DNA of 62,397 nt, the filler included, from Diploschistes diacapsis (Eukaryota), in assembly GCA_023645945.1 (NCBI GenBank). It is 6 parts of 6 records of this genome, joined end to end, with 100 filler letters (N's around TTAATTAATTAA, not from the genome) between each part and the next. Parts side by side here need not be neighbours in the genome. Positions count along the whole stretch, not along the records: positions 26,541 to 55,788 come from JALAIB010000138.1; positions 55,889 to 62,397 come from JALAIB010001380.1; 4 more parts are not named here. One strand, given 5' to 3'. The position numbers were made by a program, and so were the translations under genes. The notes under the pieces were generated by a model. That model was not told where the DNA came from, did not search any database, and saw nothing but the letters and a program-made list of their open reading frames with translations. Positions 48,507 to 61,148 of this stretch are shown here, piece by piece (positions within the stretch are counted from its first letter, which is position 1; every line of letters starts with the position of its first letter).

Positions 48507-49661
48507 ATGGCCACCGACATTCGCAACGACACTGACACAATTAATATCGCCGATTCCCTAGGGAGAGTTACTATTGTCAACGATGGCGATCATGCTGACG
48601 GCGACGCTGCGCCTAAGACCGAGGAAGAATATGCCCAATCACAGCTGACACTGCGAGCTATCGTGTCCTCCAAGGAAGCCGGAGTCATCATAGGCAAGGC
48701 CGGTAAGAATGTTGCCGACTTGCGCGATGAGACTGGTGTGAAGGCTGGAGTGAGCAAGGTGGTGCATGGCGTTCACGATCGTGTTCTAACGGTCACGGGT
48801 GGGTTAGAAGGGATATCGAAGGCGTATGCAATCGTGGCCAAGGGCCTACTGGAAGGGGCTCCACAAATGGGGATGGGCGGAATCATTGCTGGAAATGGAA
48901 CCCACCGTAAGTTTTCCTTCGGCCAGAAACGTTCGTTATACATTCCAAGAGATCAGATGCTGAGTGCTATAGCCGTCCGCCTCTTGATCTCTCATAATCA
49001 GATGGGCACAATCATTGGCCGCCAAGGTCTAAAGATCAAACACATTCAAGATGCCTCTGGAGTTCGCATGGTTGCCCAGAAAGAGATGCTTCCTCAATCA
49101 ACCGAGCGCATTGTTGAAGTTCAAGGGACCCCGGAAGGTATTCAGAAGGCAGTGTGGGAGATCGGAAAGTGCTTGGTTGATGATTTCCAGCGTGGGGCTG
49201 GAACTGTGTTGTACAACCCTGCAGTGAGAGCAGAAGTTGGGAGAGGTGGTGCTATACCACCCGTGCCCGGATATGGAGCTGGTCGGGCCTATAACCGGAC
49301 CGGGAATGGGGCCGACTTTAGCGAGCCGAACGGTGGCCTTTATGGTCGGCGCTCTAATTCCGACGCTGCCACCCGCGGCCCGCCTACCATGACCGAGGAC
49401 GGGGAAGAAATACAGACCCAGAACATCAGCATCCCCGCGGATATGGTAGGCTGTATTATCGGAAGAGGAGGCAGCAAGATTACGGAAATTCGGAAGAGTT
49501 CTGGAGCCAGAATCTCCATTGCCAAAGCCCCGCACGATGAAACCGGAGAGCGAATGTTTACCATCATGGGTAGTGGCGCGGCCAACGAAAAGGCTCTTTA
49601 TCTACTTTACGAGAATCTTGAAGCCGAGAAGAACCGTAGGAGCCAACAGCCATCTGAGTAA
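48507..49661 (+). CDS. Triple-KH-domain RNA-binding protein (Rnc1/Hek2/Pbp2, hnRNP K-like)
   Basis: Three GxxG KH motifs (IIGKAG, IIGRQG, IIGRGG). In-frame intron 48907-48972. Confidence 0.92.
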   Translation: MATDIRNDTDTINIADSLGRVTIVNDGDHADGDAAPKTEEEYAQSQLTLRAIVSSKEAGVIIGKAGKNVADLRDETGVKAGVSKVVHGVHDRVLTVTGGLEGISKAYAIVAKGLLEGAPQMGMGGIIAGNGTHRKFSFGQKRSLYIPRDQMLSAIAVRLLISHNQMGTIIGRQGLKIKHIQDASGVRMVAQKEMLPQSTERIVEVQGTPEGIQKAVWEIGKCLVDDFQRGAGTVLYNPAVRAEVGRGGAIPPVPGYGAGRAYNRTGNGADFSEPNGGLYGRRSNSDAATRGPPTMTEDGEEIQTQNISIPADMVGCIIGRGGSKITEIRKSSGARISIAKAPHDETGERMFTIMGSGAANEKALYLLYENLEAEKNRRSQQPSE

Positions 49662-51164
49662 AGGATCAGTTCTGGCCGAGCCCGCCATTTGAAAGATTCA
49701 TTCCAGCCGCATTGCGCTATCCACCTGCAACAGGAGGCTACTTGACCTGCCAGATCGACTATCTGCCTTAATTACCACAGATCCATGTGTTCTCGAGCCT
49801 TCTCTACAAATCCGTTTGCAACCTTATCAACTTACCAGACTCGACTCACGACTTTACGAACATCTATGGTCGCGATATTACGATTTCATGCCAGCAACTC
49901 TGCCACCTTGCACCCAGAGCGCATACCTTCGGTCACGAACTCCGACATCCTGTTCGCCCTTGAGCTTGCTTCCATCTCTTCGAATTCCTACCACATCCAC
50001 TAACCACGGCCACCAAGACACTTTCTCTCCTTAATCATCCCACGACCATCACCAGAGTAAAACATCTTTGGCCCTCAAGCCTTTCTACAGTTCTTCACCA
50101 AGGGAATCTTGATGCCACCAAGATCCCGTTGGAGGTTGGAGGTGTGGGCTGGTGGGTCTAGATACGTGGAATCGCTTCCAAGGCTTTTGCTTGTACCTAG
50201 CGTGAGAGCTATTACCATCTGAGATACCCTTTGGTTATTAGCAGTCCATAGCAGAATAAAAGTTGATTTCTTCAGTAGGTTTCCATTCCTACTAAGTGAT
50301 TGAGTCAGCGCATGTAATTCTTTTGCCATCGGCTCCGGATCCCTGCTGTAGATCGATGCACTTCTGGCCACACGAGCTGCAGTGTCATCCTTAGAAAAGG
50401 GAGCTCGGTCTCCCGGGAGGGACCTCCATCCACAGAGGCGAGCGACTCTGGGCCTAATCTTACTCGGATAACTACGCGTTTATTGTAACTAGTACTATTC
50501 TCTACAGTAGCATGTTAACGAAGTGCCGGGTAGGAGAAGCTCTTCGTGGTATGCTGGTATGCGGGGAAAGGGGATGGTAGCTACCTCGTAGATACCACCA
50601 GAAGTAGACTACAATTGAAACCCTGTGATATAGAATCCCAGCTCTGTATAAGAGCTTCTGTTGAACCGCAGTTTCTTTCAGTGCCGCACCAACAACAGAA
50701 TAGCCTCAATGAGAACAGCGCAATGTCTTATACCTTGACCGGTCACGAGCCATTATTGATCAAGAGACGAGCAATCGCCTTGGCCCCACTACTGCGCTTG
50801 TCATGTACAATGATGGCTCCTAAACCCACATCTTTTAAATTTTTTGAAGCAAGATTGGAGGCTCTATTTAGTAGCGGAGAGTACTAACTACCAAGTTTCT
50901 TGCGTAGCCTGCGCAGCTGGCACAGCCTTGATCTTGTATTGTTGAAGGCTACGTTCGCAAATCTTGCATGAACCGAAAACCACATCGCCCACACACGTGC
51001 CCGACCCGCCACGCGGATCCCGTCACGGCTACAAGCTTGATCCTACTAGTACCCTTGACTTCCTCTAGCCAGTGTTGATTCAGTCACCTTCTTTGGTTTT
51101 GTGAGTCAAGGCCACAGGGACTGCTCAGCCGTCGAGATTGGGCAGGTTCCGCCTGCCTTCGACG

Positions 51165-54100
51165 ATGGTTGAGGAGCAGAGCAAAGATGAAGGTCAGCTC
51201 ATGAGGAAGCTGCAAGGCAAGGGAGTTTAGAAGGCTGATGCTCCCCAGACCTCAAAAGCAAGCCCAAATCCCAAAGTCTTCTCGATATCCCGACAAATGG
51301 AAGCACAGCAAGTGTTCTCGCCGAAGCTTCCAAGAGAGCGGCGAAGATACGTTTCTCCGTCGATGGAGGAAGACCAGGGGACATCGAAGTCATGGCAAAG
51401 TCACCTATTGTGCCAGAGTACGATCATGGCTACAATAGTGGGGTTTCCGGACTACGACGGATTCGAAGGCCTGCATCAAGAGCACCGACCTTATCTCCAT
51501 CCCCAGAATCATCGTTTGCCTCGCCATCTAGATCGTCCTCGATGACACTGAATATCTCTCACCCAAGGACATTCACACCAGTAGGGCCTCATTCACCGGC
51601 TCTTACTGGTTTCGCGGAGGACCTGTCAAAATTTCCTACAGAATCTCTACACTCTTTCTCATTTGCACATCAGTCCGAAGATTTGCTTCATGATCGCCAA
51701 GACATCATCCAACGGTCAATAGAATTTATGCGGGACAAACTTGGCTCGGTGAGCCAGAATCCAGGTCTGGTCAGTGCGCAAGCGAAATTGAGCGGAGACA
51801 TTGCGATACAAAGTATGTTGGAGCTTTTGGCCAGAGCAAACATTTTGGGCAATGCATCAAACACAAAACATGGGCTTGGTGCTGTAGGGTCTTTGACTGG
51901 ACCAGCCAATGTTGATGGTCAAAATGTATTCGAAAAACAATTCTTTCCACAATCCGAGTCGCCCGAACCAGCAGAGGATAGCCTTTCCCCTAGGTCCCTG
52001 GATGCTTCCCCTAATCAATTATCAGGAGCCGACTCGAGCATGCCGAAGCTCTCTGAGCAGTCGAAATCATCAGGCAACAACCAGCCGCTTGCCTCAGAGG
52101 ATCCAGTACAAAACGTGGCCCTTAGCGAATCCTCAGTAGCCAATGCTACGCAGGCCTCCGCTTTCAGAACTGGATTGAAACGAACTTATACAGATATTGT
52201 ACCTCTTACCTTGGAGACAAAGCTCGAAAGTGCTCTTGCAAAACCTTACATGGCCCAAAAAAAGGCCGAAGAGAATCAGCTTCTTTCGCCTCCACTGTTT
52301 TCCTCGTTCGGAAAGCCCGCCATTCAGACTGGTGTTGCCGGAACGCATGGTCACGCTCACAAGTGGGCTCCAGCTGCACAAGCAATCTTCACAACTGAAA
52401 CAAAAGCACCTTGGACAATTCTGGCTGCCAACGATCTTGCATGTCTTGTTTTCGGTGTGACTAAGGCTGAGGTGCGGAAGTTGAGTATGCTCGAAGTTGT
52501 CAGAGAAGACGGTAGACATTGGCTGGAAGAGAAGCTGCAAGCTCCAGGCCCGGACTTGTCATCAAGGTCCAGATCTTCTTCTACTGTGAAGCCAGCGCGG
52601 AAGGGTCCGAGCCCACCATCCTCCATGGCTATGCGTGGCGGGATAACAGCAATGTTGCTGAGCAAGCCTCCGTCTAGAACCTCCAGCAAGAGATCGCAAA
52701 CCGATGACGGTAGCGGCTCAAGCTTCAGTGGGAATAGTGCCAAGAGAGGAGGGCCTCATCACCAAGCTAACAAGTCGAGAGGTGTCTTACTCTGCGGTGA
52801 CGTTGTGCCGATTCAGAAACGCAACGGAGCCACTGGCTCTGCTAGTTTGTGGGTCAAAGAGAAGAAAAGTGGCTTGATCTGGGTATTAGAGGAGATCGTC
52901 GAGGACAATGCTACGATTACGCTCGATGAGACTGGCACAGTTCTTTCCGGCAACGGCGCCGTTGATGTTCTCTGGGGCCATGAGCACATCGAACGCGAGG
53001 ATATCAAGAAGTTGATTCCTCGGATGCCAATGATGTCAGGGATCCCAAAACGGGTAGATTACGAAGCCCTGAACAAGATCAGGTATTTGACCGTCAAGAA
53101 TTGTGAGGGGTATTCTGTACCTACTTCCGTATCTGCAGACCCTGCTCTAGGAGAAGTCAAAATCTCAAGCTTTCCGCACATTGCGGGCATTATGGTCTTG
53201 AACTCCCAGACGCTCGAGATCGCAAGCTCGAATTCGGTCTTTTCTGCGGTGTTATTCGGACAGCATAAACCGGATGGACTCCATATAACGGAGCTGATTC
53301 CAAACTTTGCGAAAGTGCTTGACTTCCTTGTCGAAGAGGAGGGTGTGGATATTGTGGAGGGCATCGTAGTACCGGAACACAGCTTTAGAAGAGCTAGGAC
53401 GATGTTGGCTTTGCGAGAGGGAAGTAAAGATGCCGCGGCAATATTCCTGAGACCGTTAGGACTGAGCGCCAAGCATCGCGACGGCTCAGATCTAAACGTC
53501 GATATTCAAATGAGGGTCATGCGAAGCGAGAGGAGCATCCCACAAGAGTCCGTCATCGTTGAGAAAGACGAGGACGAAGAGGAAGAAATTGAAGTGAAGA
53601 GCTCGGAGGTTGTCTATGCGCTGTGGATCACCTACTCCAGATTCCTCCACTCCCTCGCCACAACCGGGACACGCGCTGCGCCTCTGATATCTCGCTCTGG
53701 AACGCCTCCACGGCAGCCCTCCCCCGGTCAATCCATCACCATCGTTTCTCCAGATCAAGCGCCACAAGAACCCCCAAAATCGATGACTCCAACCTCATTC
53801 CTTACGGAGCAGATCAAAGAAGCAACCTCGGAACCGATTTCCAAAAGGCACGGTGCACAGCCTCCTATCAGCATCGAGAAAGAGCCTCCGTCGACGGATG
53901 AGCCACGGAAGAAGAAGACGATAGCGGACTTTGTTGTTCTCGAGGACATGGGCCAAGGTGCTTATGGGCAAGTAAAGCTAGCCCGCTACAAGAACCCTCC
54001 GGGGAACAAGGTCGTGTTAAAGTACGTCACGAAGAAGCGCATTCTGGTCGACACCTGGACGCGGGATCGTAAGCTTGGCACTGTCCCGCTCGAGATCCAT

Positions 54101-54784
54101 GTCTTGAATTACCTTCGCAAGGACGGCCTCAAGCATCCCAACATTGTCGAGATGACGGATTTCTTGGAGGATAACACCAACTACTACATTGAAATGGTCC
54201 CTCACGGCCTGCCCGGGATGGACCTCTTTGACTACATCGAGATGCGCACTACTATGGAGGAGGCAGAATGCAGGAACATTTTTCGACAAGTCGTCGCAGC
54301 CCTTCACCACTTGCACACCAAAGCTCTCGTCGTCCATAGAGATATCAAGGATGAGAACATTGTCCTAGACGGCGAGAATAATGTGAAACTAATCGATTTT
54401 GGGAGTGCGGCGTACATCAAGAGCGGACCCTTCGATGTGTTTGTTGGAACTATTGGTGAGCTTTTCTTCCCCCACAATAACAATACTTTCCTCGTGTGAA
54501 TTGCTCACGAATTTGTAGATTATGCCGCTCCCGAAGTCCTTCAAGGCAGGTCCTACCGGGGGAAGGAGCAGGATGTGTGGGCCCTCGGCATCCTACTATA
54601 CACCATTGTCTACAAAGAAAATCCATTCTATAGTGTCGACGAAATCCTGGACCATGAGCTGCGGGTGCCATGGATTATGAGTCCCGGAAGTATCGGTTTG
54701 ATTCGAGCAATGCTGAACAGGGACGTTTCGAAGCGCATGACGATCGAAGAAGTCAGCCAGCATGCTTGGCTGGCAAGCGAATAG
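51165..54784 (+). CDS. PAS-domain serine/threonine kinase (Psk1/Ppk6-like), 3 exons
   Basis: QAIFTT..PWTILAANDLACLVFG (PAS-like); kinase GQGAYGQV, KKRILVDTW.RDRKLGTVPLEIH, HRDIKDEN, DFG, GTI|DYAAPE. A short exon from ATG 51165 splices in frame to 51249. Confidence 0.92.
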
Positions 54785-55788
54785 AGGAGTGAGGGCTCAC
54801 GAACGAAGTGGCCAGGCTCTGTCGCATGTCCCGCGATGAACGGGCTCATGATGGGAAATGTGTATGAGTAAGTGGGTTGGCTGATTGAAGCTAAACGTTA
54901 TGGCCTGAGAACAAGAACGATTCGTTAGGTGTTGCATCGATTGAAGTGCATTCGATCTTTTCCTCAAACCCACGCAATGAGCATCTGCACCATGCATCTG
55001 AATACTATAGTCGCAGCGTTGGGAGATATGCCGCTTGTATATAGATAGACGTGCTTATGATACCCTTTTTATCGACGAGCAGTGGGGAGGTTCTTTGGGA
55101 CATGGATGGCAGGGACAAAATAGACAGGGAGTTTGAGGTTCCAATAGAGCTGGCAAGATCAAGACTGCCTACTATACCCTGACGTTGCGCATGTATATGT
55201 CGTATATCGAATGTAGATGATAAATCGTTCGGTTATAAAACCTTGTTTACTGCGCGACACAGTAGGGGGGGGCGCACATTGTAGAGTCGCAGTGCACCTA
55301 TAGTACTCCTTTTGCGTCATCTGCTCAACCAACGAGACATACCAGACAGTATCAATACAAACCAGACTCATGGGAATTCCAAGTACATGCTCTCAGGGAT
55401 ATGCTATGCGGGCTATTGGCGGCGACTTATGATCTAGTAGAGCTCAAAGGCGTTCGGGCGTCTGGGGCGAATTGGCTAGGGAACAGGAAATAGAAGATGT
55501 GATTGATCTATTGCCAAAGGCCTAGGGGGGCACCACAGCTACAACAAGGCGATTAGGTTAGACAGGCGCGCTTGAGGTATTCATGGAGCGTTCACGTAAC
55601 ATGAGCAATCAGCCGGCCTTTTTTCTTTTCTTATACTGCCTGCTCACACAATACAAATTCATACAGTGCAACCCCCCCTTTCCAGTGAGTACCACCAAAA
55701 AAAAGAAAAAGCCTCTGCCTTCTTCAGGTTTGCGCCCATGCAACTCCCTCCTCTCCTCTTCCCCTTTTCCAAAACATCCTAACCCCAC

Positions 55789-55888
55789 NNNNNNNNNNNN
55801 NNNNNNNNNNNNNNNNNNNNNNNNNNNNNNNNTTAATTAATTAANNNNNNNNNNNNNNNNNNNNNNNNNNNNNNNNNNNNNNNNNNNN
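55789..55888. other. Artificial contig spacer
   Basis: N44-TTAATTAATTAA-N44. Confidence 0.97.
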
Positions 55889-56367
55889 GAAACAGTTTTA
55901 ATTTATTAATTAATCTATTTATTATTCTGCCTTAACATTCCTCTTGCTACAAAATTAAACACCTGATCAATACCTCGTGTCTACTTTATGGAGATAGAGG
56001 TCATAACATGTCCGTCTCAGTGTCCGTGACACGAAACGGCTAGCCTACGATAAACTGTTATAGAATTCTTTATAGACATTTATCTTCTTTAAACCGACCG
56101 CGCCGCTAAAGATTACGGCAGAAGTAGCTCAATTTAAACAATTTTAATTTTATTTTGACGTCGCCGTCGGCGATGCTGCTATATGTAGCTAACACAAGGC
56201 GGGCCGACAACGTCGCTACTAAGGCATTTACAGAGGGGGGGCTGAACCTCTATTCTTTTGCTTTTATTTGATCTGAGCTCTTGCGTATTAGTCTTCAGGG
56301 AATGGCCAGGGTCGCCTTCACTCTAGCCATTGGGGAGGTGTAATGTAATGCTTGAAGCATAAGTGAG

Positions 56368-57938
56368 TTATGTGTTTCCTACATCGGAAACAATCTTTCC
56401 GATCTCATGAGCCGGTCCTTCGGACCTCTGCGACATTCGAATAGGTTGTTCTTCATCCTTTACCGGTGCTGGTACGTCGAGGGACCCTAATTCCTTCGCA
56501 ACTCGGGCAGCTTCTTTGGCCTGGGTCTCCTCATCTACAAGTTTGTCCTTCAACTCCAGAGCTTCCAGTTCAGCATTGATCTCAATCTCGTCACTCGGTG
56601 AGCTCATTCGCCCATTTCCCTCCGCAATCAGAGATTCAACATCCTGTGTCTTCGACATCTCTTCGCCAAACTCTTGCAGAACAAGCGTTACCGTGTCTGC
56701 TCCTCCAATCTCAGCATTCAGGCCCCGAAGCACTTTGGCGCCAGACCGCAGCGCTCCAATCAGTTCGATCTGATTGGCAGCTTCCTTCACTTTGTCATAG
56801 ATTCCGTCAATTTGAGCAAGGCTTTCACTCCTTCGGTCAAGTAAGGCTTCCTGGGTTTTTCGAGACCTAAGAAGCCGCAGAGCTGCTGGGCGATTCCTGG
56901 CTGCAACGGCCGCTTTAATATCTTCAGTTAGATTTTCTATATTGAGTGATATATTCGCGCATTGCTTGCCAAGGTCGAGAACCAAGGTCGTCAGCGAAGC
57001 TATATCTCGATCTTGGGCGGTGATTTCTGGTGGCCGACCGTCTGTACCTCGAAATTTAACCATCTGCTCTAGTCAGCGGGTTTGTAAACACACCAGAGGA
57101 TCGGCTGGAAGCCTATACCCTCTCATTAAACGCAATCTCTCCCTCCTCCCGTGACAGGTATGTTAAGATAACTTCGAGATCTTCTGTAGATATGCCATCC
57201 TGTATACCGAGGACCTCAGAAACTTTGGCCTCAAACTCGCTCATTGGCATAATTTTCTCAACAACATTATCTCTCCAACTTGTAATTGAAGCGACCTTCT
57301 TGCTAGTCTCCTAGTTTTCACGATATTTAGCCACACGAGCTGGTTGTCAGTAGCAGTCCCTTACCTTGAGGTTTTTAGTGAAGATGAAGCGAGCCTGGGG
57401 ACTTTTATCAAAGCCCGTTCCGCCAAGACCCAGTTGGTTCAATGTCCAAGTGATTAACCACCACGGTTTACTTGTGGCCCTTGAGGTAAGGACTCTGGTA
57501 TTTGCTTGCAGGAACGGTTGCAAAGGCAGCAATTCTCTTTTGCGAACTGCTTCATTCTGAGGGTGTTAGGGACCGTATTAGATTCGGACCAGAGCTACCG
57601 AACGTACTACGACAGCTCCGAGTGCGGCTGGTTGACCCCATTCTCTAGTTTCAAGAGCCTGTAACAATACTGGCCCCGTATTGAGAAGCATAGTGTTTTT
57701 CTTGCATTCTGGTATTAACCCAGCCTTTGCAGCTTTTGCCAGACCATTTATCCACACGGCAACATTAGCTGCGTAACCGTCGGGATTTGTGACCTTCTGA
57801 CGCGTGAAATCGGAATAAAGCGAAGCAAGGCGAGCCCTGTTGTGAGGCCAGGTCAGAGATCATTTCGAGTGTAGAAAACGTGTTTTACCTCCTAAATTGT
57901 TCATCTTGCCCTAACAAGAACTCTAGAAGCTCATGCAT
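56368..57938 (-). CDS. CHM7: ESCRT-II/III hybrid Snf7-family protein (Chm7/Cmp7/CHMP7), multi-exon
   Basis: MHELLEFLLGQDEQFRR|ARLASLYSDF..NPDGYAANV..W; WGQPAALG; C-terminal Snf7 helices (AALRLLRSRK, EINAELEALE). Confidence 0.85.
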
Positions 57939-58996
57939 CGTTCGTCCAGAGGATTAATAATAAGTCGCTACAATAGCATTATATGTTAACCTCTGTTGGT
58001 TGGTTGGCAGAAGGTCATGCGGTTCTTTTAACTACATTAATTTTGTAGCCGTCCTTCTAGCAGAACTATGAGCATAGCAAGCTTAGCTTCAACACCTGGT
58101 GATGTGCTGACAACCAACCCAGGTCTTTTCTTGACGTGATTTCGTCGAATCCGTGTCTGAATCCCCAAGCTGCTGATTCTTGTACACACACGGTATTAAG
58201 AAGAATGGGGAGACAGTAATCGGAATCGGAGATTAGGCAATAGTATAACACACATATCTACCTTGCTTGCAGACTCAAACAGATGTCCGCTAACTACGAA
58301 TTAAATAGTATAATACTGTCCACACGACTAAGGGTACTGGTGCCTGCTATAGGAACTTCATTACTTGTAAAAGATCTGACATGAGTCCACTCTTGTGATA
58401 TTTTCCTTTAGTTGGCCCTAATTTATACATGTTACGGTTCAAAGTTCTGTATAAATGTCGCAAAGTCAGGCTCTAGTTGGTTAGGACGAACATCAACTTC
58501 TGCGTATAGCCGTACGTATCGCTTGGTGCTCACTCCAATTTATACTGAGCTAGATAGCTAAAGTAACTTGGTTACCTTCTTCAGAGAGTTGTGTCCAGTA
58601 GGGTTTATTGTGACCTGGCAAGCCTGAAATGTGATCGTAATCTGGTGGAGCTATCATGACACCGCATTTGTCGTTCAGATACCTTGGGACATGCAGATCG
58701 AGTCCATAATTTGCGGTATCTGGTTTTCAGAATCAAATCACAAGATGTTGAACGGACTTTGTAGGCGACCGTGGGAAAGGCGATCTTGCCCTCACCTTTA
58801 GGTGTCATGCACTCTCTAATCCTGAGCCATGTCATACGAGGCAGACTTCTTCAATCCATTAGGATATTAGGCTATAGTCACAGACACTGGGAGACTGTAT
58901 AGGCAAATTGTCAGGACACTGCGGTGTTGACGTCGACTTCAACGACGCTGCTTCATCGATAGAAGGGTTATAGGTAGGAAACCTCCAAACCAATAG

Positions 58997-61148
58997 TTAG
59001 GTAAACCCGTCGTCCGCATGTCCCATAGAGTTGTGAAGCCTATGATATAAACTTTTACGTTCCACCTGTTGGATGAGAGCAGCGGTGGATTGACCTGCTC
59101 TTGTCTCATTATTATCGCGAAGCTCCCCATGCTCTTCATCTTCCTCAACAGCTCCTCTAGTCAAATCCTCCGGACCTATGTCGGTATTATTAGGGGTTAT
59201 TCGTTCATGAAGTTGCTCCCAAGGACCGACCATGGCTGCAAATGGGGGAGTTTCATTACTGTTCATGGACGTCGCGTAGAGCATTTTGGCATCGCCAAGA
59301 CGTTCTGCCGCAATAGACAGTTTGCCGACTACAAGCCACATGTGCGTCGTCAAAAAGTGCCAAAGAGCAGCCTTGCGGTTCCGTGAGCTCCATCGCAAAT
59401 CACCGACCCCAGATCGGGATTGAAACAGCCACGCAAGCTGCTCGGATAGGATGCATTGTGGTAGAGGGTTTAGGATCGAGTTTTCAAGTAGTCGTATCGC
59501 CCACCGTGAAGCCTCGTGACGACCAGCATCGCCGCGTGCACTAAATAGTCCAATTGCAAGCACGAGACAGCGAAGCGTGCCCATTGGATCTGAGCATCTT
59601 GACAGGAACGAGTAAGAAGCTGAATCCAACATCTGATTGATTGTGTCAATGTTGGATTTGAATGCTTGATCTGTCTGCGAGACAAATAGAAGACTAAGAG
59701 CAGCCATTTCGTTGGCGAGAGCGGCGTGTCTCCATGCCTTGTCATCTACAAAATCTGCTCGAAGTAAGTCGTAAATGCTGGCGGACAGCTTCCAGTCTCT
59801 CAGCATAAAAGCGTAGTATGCAAGGCGATGCAAAGTGGCTTCGGGGGAATCTGGGAAGTAGATCCCTGCATTAGCATCATAATTACTACCGCCTGGGTAA
59901 GAAGAGCCTGTTTTCGAGCCACGACCTGACCCAAAGGCGGTCCATCGTTTCGAAAGCGACATAAACCTGCCGCTTAGACCACGGCGCCTGGAAGCTACTT
60001 GATCGTTCCATGCTATGACGCGACCCTCCATAAATGGTATGATGGACTGTGTAGTTAGTTCCCGAACGAAGCTTTTGATGACAGCGGCGTCGGCTTCGAA
60101 AAGATATTGTTGTAATTCATCAACACCATGATTTTGATCTATAAGCAATCAGCAGTCACTTGTGAGAACATCCAGCTCATAAACTCTTACTCTTCCGTCG
60201 TATGCATTCAAGGTCCTCGTCAGCTGAAAGCCATCGGCTGATAGGCAGACCAGTTGCTTCCTCGCTTTGAGCGTTGCACTCTATACTTCGGATTCGCAGG
60301 AGGTGGCAATGTAATCCAAAATGCCTTTTCATCTGGTCGAACAATGCGGTTGTTTTAGCCATATCGTCATGATCTTCGTCATGTATCAGCAAGTAATAGC
60401 GCAAGAACTCGTCGCTCATCCACGATGGAATATTTCTGCCACCGCGCCTGGTCTCATTGTAAAGCTCTCGAAGAGTCTCGATAGGTGTCACACTTTGTGA
60501 ACTGATAGCTATCAGACATGCAACAGGATGCGTAAAGTCTTCTCGTGGGACGAGCAGTCGTCTAGCGAGTAGCTTGCGGACATACAAGGTGTAGTAGGAG
60601 GGGATATAGGACTCTGTTTCAGCAGAATGATAAGAACTGCGAAAGCCTCTTGAGAGCTGCTCTCCTTGCTTTTGAATTTCGGAATGAAGTACTTCATTCA
60701 CAGAGTCTCGATATTTCGCCCCACTAATAGAGCCTACTCTATCAGCGGCAATAGAGGAGTCGTCATTCTCTGCACTTCGCTTTGCATAATCGATGGCTCC
60801 TCGGAAAGGCACGAAGTGAATGCCATAATTCTCCAAGTTCTTGCTGATACCGGTACTATCTCTGGTCACGATGTCCCCATAAATCCTTTCTCCAAATGGT
60901 CGAAGTAGGCCAGTAAGGCCTCCGTATATACCCTTTAGCCGCACTAATTCTTCGGTATCTGTTGAGGCTAGAACATATACATGTGGTAAAAATGATTGCA
61001 GTATGACCTGTAGAGGGTGCTCTGATTCCCCGTTTGAAGCGAGCTCTGTTGCCTCATTGCTTCTCCTTGCATTGGTGCTTTGAAAGCCGGCTCCTACCTT
61101 GGGCGGAGAGTTTCGATCCGTGATATCAAATGCCGTCCCATTCTTCAC
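58997..61148 (-). CDS. TRS85: TRAPP III subunit Trs85/TRAPPC8, 5' end unresolved
   Basis: SFLPHVYVLAS.DTEELV, F.HPVACLIAISS, LRYYLLIHDED, MKRHFGLHCHLL, QSIIPFME, WNDQVASRRRG, AFMLRDWKL. Confidence 0.88.
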
